Assembly (NCBI GenBank): GCA_026025795.1
Contig: JAPEUG010000008.1
Coordinates: 62,001-113,478, forward strand
Source of the DNA: Thelocarpon superellum
Taxonomy: Eukaryota
Direction: 5' to 3'
DNA: 51,478 nucleotides
Below, one piece after another: positions 1-13,113 of this stretch (the stretch's first letter is position 1; each line of letters begins with the position of its first letter). The translations under genes were made by a program, and so were the position numbers. The notes beneath the pieces are model-generated. The model searched no databases. It worked only from the letters and a program-made list of their open reading frames with translations, and was not told where the DNA came from.

Positions 1-1209
1 ATCAGTCGCTCCGGGGACAGGGACCGCGAGCGAGATCGGGAGGGATATCGGGAGCTGCCGCCGCTGCGTCAAGAGATCATCACCCACCACCGCCACATTG
101 ATCACGGTTCGTGTGGATTGAGAGTGAGATTGTCCGAGGTCCCCCGCTAATGGTCGCAGGGATCGAGAGAGCCCCAGGATCTTCACCAATCATCCCCCCT
201 TCGCCCCCACTAGCACCCTTACGACGAGATCGAGGATACGAAGAGGAGATTGAGATCACGCGGCGGGGCACGCGCGACGGTCGAGAATACTATGACGATG
301 TGACTATTGAGCGTGAGCGTGAGCGTGAAGGGGGGCGACGACGACGCGGAGATCGAGACTGGGACGAAGGGGAATACTACAACCGACGACTGGAAGAGCG
401 CGGCGTGATCGGCGAAGCTTACAACGGCGCGACGCGAGACTGGGCCATCGTCGACGTGCCACCCGGCACAGAGCGGGTGCGCATGGATGGCGTCGGCGGC
501 GGCGCGGCCGAGATCACCTGGCAGCGATACAACGGGGTCCGACGCTCACGATTCATTCCGGACGGCGGGAGCGTCAGCACAAGTAGCACGGAGATCATCG
601 ACGACCGAATTGGCGACGGCCGCCGTCCCTCGGGGAACCGCAACGGCTACAAAGAGATGTGGACGGAGATCACCAAGGATCTCGTGGTTCGCGAAGCCAT
701 CGAGGAGGTTGGATACGAGTTTGAAGAGACGGAGTTTTTCTTCTACATTATGGAGTATTTGCGATATGTATGTTCCCCTCCCCCGCCCTCTCTCATCCCA
801 CCTCCTCCGCCTTCCTCGGTCTACCCTTTTCCTCTCTCCCATCCGCCCCTGGTCCCCCTTTCTCCCCGCTGTGTACATGTCTGCTGACAAAAAGCAGGAG
901 GACGTCGTCGAGCTGGTAGAAATCAGCGACGTGCGACGGGCACGACGGGACCGCATCCGCGAAATTCAATGGGAGCGAGCGTTGATCGAACGCGGCGGCG
1001 GGGGCAGAGACCGAGACCGAGACCGAGATCGAGATCGAGACTGGGACCGCGACAGGGAGAGAGAGATTGAGATCACGCGCGAGCGCGATCGCGAAATCAT
1101 CGCGCCGCGCGTCCCGGAACGTATCGAGTATCGTCCTGCTGTCGTCGATCCTCTCGAGCGGAGGATCTACGAGCGCGAGGTGGTTTATGAAGGCTCTGGA
1201 CGCCGCTAG
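1..1209 (+). CDS. 5'-partial Arg/Glu/Asp-rich fungal protein (DUF8035-like C-terminal domain); exons <1-106, 160-767, 898-1209
   Basis: Frame 1 reads ...QEIITHHRHIDHG. Introns 107-159 (gttcgt..gctaat..cag) and 768-897 (gtatgt..gctgac..cag) join WTEITKDLVVREAIEEVGYEFEETEFFFYIMEYLRY to EDVVELVEIS, a motif set I recognise from a conserved Pezizomycotina family. Confidence 0.8.
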
Positions 1210-1533
1210 TCTCCGTCCATCCACCCATCCATCGCTTCATCCGTTGTTGCTGATGATGGGTGAGGGATGAGTAATGACTTGGTACCTTGAACGAGTGACG
1301 AACAAATGGCACGGCATGGAATGAATTCAACTTCTTCATCTACACCTCCACATGTTCACATTCACATTGACATTCACATTCGCACATTTTGATTCCATTA
1401 GAGCGAAAACGCCGATTCGAAGTACAATCAGACAAGACAGGCTACTGTCTTATCCTACTCATACACTTCCCCGTCCTCTCAACCACCGCTCTCACAACCA
1501 ACCCATGCCAGATGCTGCACCCTTCGATTCTTC

Positions 1534-3066
1534 CTACAATGTCTTCTTCCCCGGGGTGTTCCTTACCGGCTGACTATACAACCAAAGAGCAACAAAGGCA
1601 AGCCATCCCGCAATCGTGGTGGCAATGCCCGCGATCCAGACCCAAGCGCCGCTGATCTCCCAGCTACGAGGCCACTCGTCATGCGCGAAATGGCGAACGG
1701 TGACGGTGCGTTTCTCGTCCACGGCGCTCAGGAATGGCCGCTTATAGTTGACTCGGAACGTGAACATGCCGTGTTGATCGGGCAGCGAGAAAGACGCCGT
1801 GTAGAGGCTGGAGTTGGCTGTTTGTCGGAGCGGCGTCAGGGGCAGGCGGTGGAAGGGCGATAGCATGCTGAATTCAAGCTGTACCGCGTCCTCGGCCGGT
1901 GCCGTGTACGGTGTGTAGTGCGTGTAGCTGTATTCCGAGAGTTCGATGGTAAAGGTCTGGGCACGTTAGCTGGGTCGGGGAAGACGGTGGAGCCAAGACA
2001 CTTACCACCTGGTTCTTGACCCGGTAGATCTGTGGGTTCCGCGTGACAATCTCGGTGGAGGTGGCATTGCTAGAGCCCGTGGTAGATGCCTCGTCGAGGT
2101 AATGTTCAACCTGGCCGACCTTGAGCACGCCAATCTCCTTGAATGTCCAAGCCGACAGCGCCTTGGCAAACTCTCGATTGGCCGTTTGCTGCGTCTTGGC
2201 GCCTTTGCCCGGTCCCTTGACCTTGGCTGTGGACCATTGGTCGGCAAGAGCCTCGACGGATCCTAGCACGGTAAAGCGCGCCGAGTTGCGGGCTTGCATG
2301 GCCGTTACCAGCGAGAGTTGCTCCCCAGTAGCAAATGGATCTTCCACCGACGCCGACTCTTCCTTCGGGTTGTAAGGATATGCCGTCTCGGGCGCCCTCA
2401 GGACGGGGGTCAAGAGAGGATTGCCATTGCCGAGTGCCTGGCCCACTCCTCGTGGAAAGGCGAGCACCTCCCCCTCCTTGCCGCTGCCACCAAAGAAGTT
2501 GGAAACATCCGGCCGGATGGCACCGGGAGGCGATAGCAGGAGGACGTCGTGCTTCTCGCTGGCGGAGATGGTGTCGTAATTGAAATGATCCACCACCACA
2601 GACGACCGGTCAGGGGCGAGAGAGATGTCGAGTTCGAGGAGAAGTGAGGCGATGGCTGAGGGGGTCGGCGAAGCGCCACTGAGGGTCAGAAGGACGTTGC
2701 CATCGGCCTTGATGAATTGCAGTAATTGGACTGGCGTTAGGGACGGGCCGAAGGCTTTAGATTTGGGAGGAAGTAGGATGACGTGGTCGTATGCTCGCGC
2801 GCCGTGCTCGAACAAGGCCAGTTTCTCATTTTTGGGAGACTCGAATGTGAGTTTGTATCCTCGGCCTGCGTGTTATCCTGTCAATGATCTGCTCGAATAC
2901 GACCGTCGACCGCCGACCACGTACCCTCTAGATCTGCCCAAAACTTGGAGTATACGCTCTTGTCCCCCAATTCCTCGAGCACCACCAGTAGCCGATTGCC
3001 CGACGTGCTCACCGCTCGCACGACCGCCAGCAGCGCCAAGGAGAAGACGAGGTGTAGAAAGCGCAT
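1534..3066 (-). CDS. WBP1: Oligosaccharyltransferase beta subunit (Wbp1/OST48), 474 aa; exons 3066-2925, 2865-2006, 1956-1534
   Basis: Signal peptide MRFLHLVFSLALLAVV; motifs YSKFWADLEGRGY, MQARNSARF, QLEFSMLSPFHRL, PDQHGMFTFRVNYKRP; C-terminal TM and KKTL ER-retrieval signal. Introns 2924-2866 and 2005-1957 are canonical. Confidence 0.95.
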
Positions 3067-3434
3067 GATGAGAGATGTGTTGTGGCCTGTCCTGGACCAC
3101 GTTGCACCTCGCCTGAAGCTTCCCGACTGCTGGACTATATTTCCAACCGCCGCGCAGTACCGACACCTGAAGAGGAAATCTGGCCGCTAAGCCACAGAGC
3201 AGCACCACCCGTGCCGCTACCGAACACGGCACGTGACCCATCCCGTCCTCGTCTCATGGAACAGTGACTGCCGCCCTCACCAACTGCGAGTAGTACCCGT
3301 GTTTCCCATCCAATTGCATTTGGATCCCGATTGACCTGCAAGGCACTCGGCTGGCATTCGATACCCGTCACTTGGGCTGCCCTGGGTCATTGTCATCGCT
3401 GAAGATCGTGGATTCATTCGGCCATCCCCTCAAA

Positions 3435-3722
3435 ATGTCCACCCCACGTTTCTTCTCCACCCCCTTCCGCTACCTCCACTGGGCATCCATCGAGAAGCCC
3501 GCCATCTTCTACTCCATCCTCGTCGGCAGTCTTGGTCCCGTCATGCTCGTCGCCGTGCCACCGATACGACACCGGCTGGGCGATGTTGATCCCGAGCCGA
3601 TTCCCATGACCTATCCTAGTGAGTATGCTCGCGTCTGTTCGTTACCGGCATAGCGTTGACTGTCAGGCGCAGTCCCCTCAGGTCCGCGAAGAATCCCCGT
3701 AGGCTACGACGATCCAGAATAA
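3435..3722 (+). CDS. NADH:ubiquinone oxidoreductase 9.5 kDa accessory subunit (NI9M/NDUFA3-like), 77 aa; exons 3435-3618, 3673-3722
   Basis: MSTPRFFSTPFRYLHWASIEKPAIFYSILVGSLGPVML...PIPMTYP joined over intron 3619-3672 to IPSGPRRIPVGYDDPE; typical of this fungal subunit. Confidence 0.9.
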
Positions 3723-3957
3723 TGGAAGAGCACAATGGCGACGGTCAAAGCGATACGTCCCAGGACGGCCGGGACCAGTAGCGTTGTCAAGCTGCAAGAC
3801 GCCCGATAAATCTTCTATTGTACATAGCCGGCGTTTGGGGGCCACGGAGCTGCAATCTGAGGTCATCCATAGTCGAATGACCAATGGTCCTTGCATCTTC
3901 TGTCTAACAGTTTCCGCCATGAGATACACTGGTTCCACTCCCCCGGATGTCTCGCAA

Positions 3958-5300
3958 CTAATGAAGCCTATCGATGCCGGCCAAGTTGGCCGGAAACTCC
4001 TCGTCATTCTCGTCGCTGATGCTGGGCTGTGGGCGATCGGCAGCGAGGGCATCCCCATCTACGCCTTCCCCATCGGAGGCTGTTCCTTTCTGCCACGGCA
4101 TGTCGCCCTTGACCACCTCGCAGCACGTCAGGTATGGCAGCGGCTCCTTGCGCACGTCCATCTGCGACCGGTTGAGCAAGAGGTCCTCGACAAATGGCTT
4201 CAGCTCCTCCTTGAACGAGCTCAAGTGGTTCTCCAGACACGACGAGCCCTTGGGACTCATGGGGAAGTACTGATGGAAGCTCTCGAGCACCTTGCGGTCG
4301 AGGTAGGCGTACCCTCCGGCTCCGATCTGGCGGTACAGCGCCGCCCCGCCATCCTTGGCCGGCCGACCGCGGTCCTCGCAGATGCATTGACTGAACCAGT
4401 GTCGGAAAAGAGACATGGCCATCCACATGTAGATGTCGTTGGAGTAGCTGATGCGTCCCGGATTCTCCGACGGCAGCCGCTGCACCTGATTGGTATAGTG
4501 GCCCAGGATCCGCACCTCAACCGCCTGCTTCACCAGGTTGAGCTCTTCGTGCTTGCGCTCGCACACCTCCAGCACCTCTAGCGGCAGCTTGGACCGCTCG
4601 TCCGCCGACAACGACTGCCACTGGCCCACGAGATGGACGACGGCCTCCTGGAAGATGCTCGGCGACTTCACGCGGTACGCCAGATCCGACCAGGCCGTGG
4701 GGCTCTTGGCGATGGAGCGGTACAGCACCTCGCCTTGCCGCAGCAGGGCAATGTCGATGGACTCGGCGACGACGTTGATGCTGCCCAGGCTCTCGGCCAC
4801 GTGGACCAGCTCCACGCAGTCCTGCAGCACCGAGGTGATGTCGCGGTCGTCGATGGCCGGTCGGACATTGTAGAAGGCCTTGAAGAGATTGTCGTAATGC
4901 TTGTACACGCTCTTGCCAATCTTGCCATTCTCGACCGTCGACAAGGCCATGTCATGGTAGCGCTTGTTCGCCGCAGGATCCTGTCTGCCGCTCAGGCGCC
5001 GGTCAGCAAGCCGTCTCTCACGCATTGCTCATGCCCCAGACACCATACCTGCACCACGAACTTGCCCGTTGTCTCGTCGTCACCGAGCACGAGGTTGACG
5101 CGGAAGCGGAGGACGCGGCCGTCGCGTTTATGCTTGGGAGAGATCACGGTGGCGCGCTCGTCAGTGAGCAGTTGGTTGAAGACGCTCGAGTTGCGGCGGA
5201 GGACGTTGGCATGCAGCTGATAGGCCTTGCTGGTCGCCAGCGTGATCAGCACGTCGCCGTCGTTGAAGCGTGGGAACACGCTGGACTCGGCGAGTGACAT
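3958..5300 (-). CDS. BTB/POZ-like fungal protein, 424 aa; exons 5300-5049, 4980-3958
   Basis: N-terminal FPRFNDGDVLI...YQLHANVLRRNSSVF BTB-like start; IFQEAVVHLVGQW and YLTC motifs; intron 5048-4981 (gtatgg..gctgac..cag) joins two ORFs in frame. Confidence 0.8.
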
Positions 5301-5883
5301 GGCCGGTCAGAGATTGATGAGGAGTCAGGAGCCGTCAACGGTGGTGAGAGCGGGGGGTTCGGTGTGAGTCCCGAAGGTCGAATCAGCACCGGCTCAGTAG
5401 AGGTAGATAGGAGGGAAGACGGGGCTGATCGTAAATTGAGAGATCTAGTAAGAGTCTCCGGGCGAACAGCGAGAAGGAATCGGAAGGAGGTAGGGGGAGA
5501 CGGTCCATGGCAGCAGGCATGTCATCACAAAAACCCAATGCCGGACGTAACAAGAACCGGCGCATGTCGGTGAATGGGCCGGACGATCAAAGTTCGTGTC
5601 ACGATGCAGGCGCAGCAGCCTCCGTTACGGCACATCAGAGACGTAGAAACGCAGCGACATCAGGACGAACACACGGAAGAGCTCTTTCATTCGATACCGC
5701 ATAGATATGGGACAAGGGGCACATAGAGCCGCATTTGTCTAAAGGGGATGGGTATCCGCAAGATGCGACGCCGAACCGTGACCCTGCTACCAATGCTCGA
5801 GCGCCGCCCCGATTCCGCCCGACAAATGCCCGCGCCCTACCATGAAGACACCACAGCGAGAAAAGAAAGTGACCATTATCGCG

Positions 5884-8800
5884 TCAGCGCATCGGCCCGG
5901 TAATGGGTGTACCGCTGGGCGTGTAATCGTCCCGCGCATTCAGCAGCGATGCAATCTCCCAGATGGTCGACTCGTCGAAATCGTCGTCTTTGACAAATGG
6001 CTCGTCCCCGTTTCCGTCCGCGCTCGGCCTAGGACTGCGCAAGGCCCGCTTCTCTGGGGGGGAGAACAAGAAGTGCGGGATCGTAGACTCTGATGGGCCC
6101 CACGGCGCGTTAAAAACGCCTAACCCTTCGCGCTGGCCCGGCAGAGGCTCTGGATTCTCAACTACTCCAAGGTTAGTCACGCGCATCTACGGGCGACAGA
6201 GGGGAGTGGGGCAGGGGAGAGAGGGGCACGCACTAATGTCAAACAAGTTCGTTCGGCGCTTAGATTTGCGCTTGGGCCTTGGCTTCCCGACGGGAGGAGG
6301 ATTCTTCGGCGGCACGGGCGGCTTGCTTCCCCAGAGACCAGGATGAACCGGAATGTGACTGGTGTTTGTCTTCTGCCACAACTTGGAGCTTTGAATACGC
6401 ATCGCGTCATCATGGACCCGCGACATCGGTTTCGACCGCCGTGAGCGAGGGAACCCGCTCGATGGTGCGCCTAAGACGGTGTGTGCTCGCTTCATGGTCG
6501 CGGCCGGCGCAGGACGAGGTTTCCACAGACCCAAATGGGCTGGATCTTGAGTGGCTGCGTGAGAGATCGCGTTCGATTCTGGTTTTCCGCTGATGGTAGC
6601 CGGCGACATGGATATCTCGGGCGCTGGGAGCGCGGTTTGGTCCAACATCTTCCCGGCTGGGATGTGGATCTTGAGAATCAACGGCGGCGGGCGGCGATCG
6701 CCACTCGGTACCACTAAGGGTGGGACGGGTGACGAAGCCGGAGGGTCCACTGCGCCACTGGTCTCGGTCTTGGGTAGCTGTATCGATTCCGGCTCTGACT
6801 CCGACTCCGACTCCTTGGTGGGCATCGCGGGCATCGCAGGAATCGTGGGCATCGTGGGCATCGTGGGCATAGAACGACGCTTGTTGAAAGGTAGGAGGTA
6901 CAAGGGGGTGGGGACGGATAGGGCTCTTGACCTGCGCTGGTGCATGCGTCGGGAGAAGGTGGGAGGATTCTCACCGACGCGCCGATGCCATGGGCGCTGG
7001 ATGGATTCCGCTCCCGAGAATTGGGCCAAATCTAGCAGCGGTGAAGTCTCGTCACCGACCCCGGTAAGTGTCAGCTGGAGGTCATTCAGGTCCAGCATCA
7101 TCGTAATGCTCTCCTTCCTCGCCGACCGAGGACTGGGCGAGCTGCGCGCCGTCATAGACCCGTGATCGCTGGTTGTAGCCTTGTCCCCGAACTCCACGCT
7201 GATGGACGACGTCGGCGTGGGGGGCAGCGTCGGGGCTACCTCGGGCGACGTGATGGGTGGATGCTCAAGCATGGGGCTCATCTCGAGCTCGCCATCCGCT
7301 GGACTGTGCCGAGGCGGCGTCGGAGGAGGGTGACCTGACGGGGAGAATGGCTGGCTTGCCTCCGTCGACTGGTATTCGGGGGAACAGACGGAAAAGTGCG
7401 AGCGAGGCATCTCTGGCCCGTGAGTACCCGCCGAGCCGGCCGGAGTCTCCCTGGGGACGCGGAGGGTCTGACGCGCCGGTACGACGGCTGGAGCCAGGAC
7501 GAATGGTACGGTTTTGCTGCCCGTGTCTGTGGTAGCGGACAAGGGCGAAGCCGTTCGCGTCGCCCACGATCGGGTGAAGGGCAGCGGCTCGGGAAGCTCT
7601 TGGCGTGGGAAGATGGCTCGTTCCGCCGTGGACCGGGTGCTGAAACGTGAACGCGTCATCATCGATTCGGCCCGGGAGAGCATCTGCTCCAAAGGCGACG
7701 GGGGATGGATCGGCCGAGGCTTGACGGCTCTGGATTCTCGGGCCGGTTGGCTCCACTGTGACATGGACCGAGAATACATCGAGGTTGCTGATACACCATC
7801 CGACGCCACCGATACATTACCCGACGCAGGTGTATCTGGGGACGCCGCGAAGGGCCGTGAGCCTTCGCTTCGATCGGACCCAGTTGGTGGACCGACGGAG
7901 GTCGGGGGTGATGTTGACCGGGTCGATGATAGGCTGTGACCGCCCGGGGTCCGAGGTGCGGGGACGGGCTTACGAGGAATGCTCGGCGTGGCCGAAGTGC
8001 GCACCACCGATCGGACCTGCAGCGGAGATTGGTGGGATAGATCCTCCACGAGGCACACCCTCATCATCTCCGTGCCGCCGAAAGACTCGACTCGATTTTT
8101 CCACAATCCGTCCAGCGACATGTTGTCGACGTCTTGTGATAGGAGACGATCGACGAGGTCGGACTTTCGACCAGAGTCTTGCGAGAGCTGGGGTGGCGAC
8201 AACGCCTGGAAGGCACTCTGGTTGGCGGAAAGTGCGACCGGACAAGTCTCCGATTCATTCCTCGCGGTCGGCGAGAATCCGGCCACCCTTGGAGGGGCAC
8301 GCGTCGCTTTCGTCGCGTCCAGCGGCGCCGGTGGTGGTAAGGGACTCAAGATGATAGGTAAGGGGCTCTTCACTGTGGGGCTGCTCTGCGAGTCTCGCTC
8401 AGGTCGAAGATGGCCGCGCGAGGTGGAATATGCCGGTCGTGCATTCCGAGGATCGGTTCGAACTGGATGGCATGGCGATGGTAGCGTCGGGGGCGGGGCG
8501 GAGAGCGTGACGGCGACCGCTGGCGCGACGGGCATCACGGGCCTCGAGAAGTTCTGTGACTTGCGCCCCATGGACGACGTCGCCACGCTCCTGGACCGCG
8601 CCGCGGAGGGGTCGAAGGGTGGCAGGTTGGTGGGAAGATATGGAGGGTTCGGATCCTGCTCATGGATGACGGGGAGTCGGGAGAACCTCGCATCCATGAT
8701 GACGGGAAAATCCTTGGCAGGTGGAGTGGGTCGACGGGGCTGTGGAGTGCCCGTGGATGCCCCTCGCAGATCGCGAGACGGCCAGTTGCGGTCTGCCGCG

Positions 8801-9786
8801 GGAAGGACGGAGCGGGCGCCGGAATATCTGTTGGCATTTAAGGGGCCGTTCGGCTCGGGCTTGACAAAGTCCGCCTCGGAGACGTCGGACACTCTCATGG
8901 TGCCGTGCAGGCCCCGCTCACGCTCCGCAGAGGAGCCATCGGAGTGGGGACTATTGGGGGGCGGGAACTCCGAGGGTCGGAGCAGTGCGCCTTGATAGAG
9001 ATCGAGAATCTGGATTAAGAGATACAGTCCGACGCAGGGCAGCGCGATGCGGAAGAAAAGGGGGATCGCCGCGGCGGGAAGGATACTGGGAATGCTGGTG
9101 GCGAACCAGATGGCATTACCGGCCAGGAGAAAGACCACGGCCTTGCATTGCTCCTTGCGCACGGAGGACGACAGTTCGCGAGCATGCGCCCAGATATTCT
9201 CGCTGAGGATATTGCGTAGGACGGCGAGGATGACGAGCAGGTCGAGGCCGATGACGATGGCCGATGACGGCACGGCGGAGGCGTAGGCCATGCAGATGGG
9301 GACCAGCTGCGGGCGAGTATAGGCGGTGAGAACGATGCCGGCGACAGAGCGCGCCAGGAGGAGGATCGGGCCTGCGGAACGGAGAGAATGTGAGGTGACG
9401 GTCTGGCCCGAGATGGCCAGCAGGGCGCCATCCACGATGGTGCGGGCGAGCTGGTCGACCAAGGTGGCGAGGACGGTGGTGACCTGACACGGAACCCGCG
9501 ATGGCATGGCGAAATTGACAAAGGTCAGTTTGGCCCACAGAGAGGCTAAGAACACCACCAACACCAGCACCAGCCGGGGTCGGTCCTGCAGCAGCGAGGA
9601 GCTGCATCCTCGCATGAGGACGAATTTGGTGGTGAAGGCATAGTGAAAGAGGACGCCGCTGGTCCGGCCGGCGGTCGTCAGCGTCGTCACCACAGGGCAG
9701 CTCGCGCATGGCGTGATTCGCGGCGGGAACGGGACTCACAGGAAGAAGGTTGCAACCAAGGTCTGGAAGGTGTCCAGGTAGCTCAT
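5884..9786 (-). CDS. Uncharacterised 1249-aa protein with N-terminal ~7-TM region and long Ser/Pro-rich tail; exons 9786-9740, 9658-6234, 6161-5884
   Basis: 1168-codon ORF plus introns 9739-9659 (gtgagt..gctgac..cag) and 6233-6162 (gtgcgt..actaac..tag). C-terminal motifs DIIENPEPLP..GLGVFNAPWG and DDDFDESTIWEIASLL resemble a Pezizomycotina hypothetical family. Confidence 0.75.
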
Positions 9787-11543
9787 ATCCTTTGCCGTGG
9801 CGCCCTCGACGCGGCGGACGCCAGCGCGGGCACTCGACGTGGCTTCGCGATCATATAAAGCTGGGCGGCGGAGGGCTCGTAGGCGAGCAGCTCGTGGACG
9901 TGAGACCGCACATGGACGATGAGCGGCGATGGAGACGGCGGACGAGATGAGGCGGAGGGTGAGGGTGGCCGCGACCCGGGGCTTCTATCTCTTTCCAGAT
10001 GGAGGTATGCGCGACATCGGTGTCGAGAGGATTGGCATTGCTCGTACGGGCGGAACATCGTGTCGTGTCCCATTGTGGGAGGGGTCTTCTGTATCATGCG
10101 GAGCACGGGCGTGAACCAAAGTTGAACCTGGCGGGCATCCTCAAACGCGAGACCATGGCCGTGGCAGGCTTCGTGGCTAGACGGGGCCAGGCGGGGAGGA
10201 GCTCCAGGGGCAAGCTATTTGGCGACGACAGAGCCGAGGAAGGTGGAAGGTGGAAGGTCGAGGCGACGACCGCGTGGACGGTGCATCGATCTGACACGGC
10301 CGACTCGGCCCGTGGGGAGTGGATGAACGACGGTTTGAGGTTTGACAGGGGGGACCCGCTATCTCGACACAATGAGATTTTCTACTCGTACGAAAACTCG
10401 CACCGAAGCTACCGGTGGCAATGAGCGGCGATGCAGCACCTTGGCTAGGACGTGAAACGCGGATCCGCTCTAGGGACAGCTAGGTAACGACCGTGAATGT
10501 CTCCTTCTGCAACATGATCCGCCACGATCCAGACTCGAACATCGTGCAGTCTCTTCCTTCCAGTCTGTTGGCTTGTTGTACCCTGAACTGCTTCCAACGG
10601 CGGACGGGCGACGAAGCGTATCTCAGAGGTCCAGGTGCGGACGAACTGAGCGAACGGAAACGTGCTCCCAGGCTTACATCTTCGTCCGGTCCGCGGAGCG
10701 ACCATAGGTGTCTCGCCTGTTTGTCGGAGCTACCACTTTTTGGCCACGTACCTACCCAAGAGGCGTGGACGGTCGTGTTCAAATGGCGGCTGAAGTAAGC
10801 GGCTGAAGTGCATTTCAGGCCTGACACCACCGGCCATTCCCGACGATGCGTCTCGACCAGTTGGCGCCTTTCGGCGAAACGTCGGCCGGAGGGATTGCGT
10901 GACCAGAACACAATGCAAAATCACTGCCTACGGGAGGTACAAAGTGGCTGTCGGACAGACGTGCGCCGGTGACTGTTATCGACTATAGGTACCGACGACC
11001 AACGCAGAGTAGGATTTTTGGAGTGAGCATCGAGCGCGGAGGATCGTCGGCCTCTGTGACAGTTTCGTAGCACCACCGATCATTTTGCTGCCTTGGCCAA
11101 GTTGGTCCCCGGGTCTGCCCGAGCATAGCTGCACAAACACGATGGCCCCTAAGGTCTTGAACGAAGTCTTATGATGGACGGGTCAGCGCGAACGAGGCGG
11201 GAGCACTCCTACAGCTTCATCTACGTAAGGATGTTACCAGCAAGCCGTAATTCCTCGAGGTCGCCGTATCGCCGGCTACATGTTGTGTGGCCCTTGCGCC
11301 ATACCCGGGAGGTGCTCTTTAAGCGAACGGTGACATCCGCGCCACATCAGGTGGGGCCAGGGTCTGTCGTCACTGGTTCAGAGAAAAGTTGGGAGCTACC
11401 GAGTGCTCCCGGAAGTCAGACCCCACCAGTACGAGTCCTCGGACCTGGACTACAGGGATTGCTCCGTACGAGTAGCACCAGCTCACGACCCCACCACCGG
11501 CGGCGGCGAAATTCGCGCGGCATCAGGCGAGCCTTCCGTCGTC

Positions 11544-11550
11544 TTAGTAA
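11544..11550 (+). promoter_or_regulatory. Candidate Yap1/AP-1 response element (TTAGTAA) upstream of TAL1
   Basis: Exact TTAGTAA about 170 nt upstream of the TAL1 ATG; a single 7-mer, so it could be chance. Confidence 0.3.
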
Positions 11551-11719
11551 GAGGGACAACCCCAAGCATAATATAGCAGAAGGAGGGGTCGTGCAGGGAA
11601 TGACGGAATCTCGATCCGACCGATTTATTAAAACAGTCCCAATTCCACTCGGCAATCGCTGTATTCCGATCGGATCACTCTTCGGACGCATCACTCGATC
11701 TCTGATAACTTACGGCACC

Positions 11720-13113
11720 ATGTCCAGCTCATTGGATCAACTGAAGGCGACCGGCACGGTGAGTGTGGAGTTTGCCCCACCTTCATCCAAAGCCCACGGA
11801 GACCTCGGATGGTGGCGGAAGCTCCTCCTTTCACCGCCTCGCCCGTCAGATCACGGCTAATGCAGCATGTACCATGTAGACGGTCGTCTGTGATTCGGGT
11901 GAGTCCTCCGCGTCCTCCAGTGCCCGAATCCACGGGCTGTTTCCCGCGTACCGCTGACCGTCGGCTTCTAGGGGACTTTGCCAGTGAGTGCGCCAACCCA
12001 ACGGGTCCCGAGACCTTCCACGCTGACCACTCCCTCCAGCCATCGCCAAGTACAAGCCGCAAGATGCGACCACCAACCCGTCCCTGATCCTAGCCGCGTC
12101 CAAGAAACCCGAATATGCCAAGCTCATCGACGCCGCCGTCGAGTACGGCAAGGCGCACGTGGGTCCACCGGATACCAGGGCCACTGCGCGCGGCTGACTC
12201 TGGCGTCACAGGGGAAAACGCCGGATGAGAAGGTGGATGCCACGCTTGACCGGCTGTTGGTAGCCTTTGGCGAGGAGATTCTCAAAATCATCCCCGGCAA
12301 GGTGTCGACTGAGGTGGACGCGCGCTTCTCCTTTGACACCAAGGCGTCGGTGGCCAAGGCCTTGCACATCATCGAGGTAGGTGAGATGGCTTCAGGCACG
12401 TGGGCCATCGTGCTGACGGACATGACGCAGCTGTACAAATCCATCGGCATCGACAAGTCGCGCATCCTCATCAAGATTGCCTCGACATGGGAGGGGATCC
12501 AGGCCGCTCACATCTTGCAGTCGGAGCATGGCATCAACTGCAACCTGACGCTCATGTTCTCTCTCGTCCAAGCGATTGCGGGGGCCGAGGCTGGCGCCTT
12601 CCTGATCTCTCCCTTTGTCGGTCGCATCCTGGACTGGTACAAGGCGTCGACCAAGAAGGAGTACTCGGCGCAGGAGGATCCGGGCGTGAAGAGCGTGCAG
12701 AGCATCTTCGACTACTACAAGAAGTATGGATACAAGACCATCGTCATGGGCGCCAGCTTCCGGAGCATTGGCGAGATCACCGAGCTGGCTGGCTGCGATT
12801 ACCTGACGATCGCGGTAGGTCGCCTTGGATGCTCTGACATTGTTCTGTCCTAGCCTGGCTGACGCGATGCTAGCCCAACCTGCTCGAGCAACTCTTCAAC
12901 TCGACCGAGCCCGTCCCCAAGAAGCTCGATGCCAGCGCCTCCATCGCCAAGGACATTCCCAAGCAGTCCTACCTCAGCGATGAAGCGCTCTTCCGCTTTG
13001 ACTTCAATGAGCAAGTCATGGCGGTGGAGAAGCTTCGCGAGGGCATCTCCAAGTTTGCAGCCGATGCCGTCACCCTGAAGGGCATCCTGAAAGAGAAGAT
13101 TGAGAAGGCATAG
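11720..13113 (+). CDS. TAL1: Transaldolase, 325 aa; exons 11720-11758, 11880-11898, 11972-11983, 12040-12158, 12212-12376, 12431-12814, 12874-13113
   Basis: Spliced product [41 protein letters not shown]...VSTEVDAR...[11 protein letters not shown]...CNLTLMFS...[11 protein letters not shown]...VMGASFR...[13 protein letters not shown]; six canonical introns. Confidence 0.97.

Noticed and set aside
10100..11690. Short ORFs between the 7-TM gene and TAL1 (and in 32300-33700 and 45700-47600)
   Set aside because: No recognisable domains or consistent splice chains; treated as intergenic or promoter sequence.
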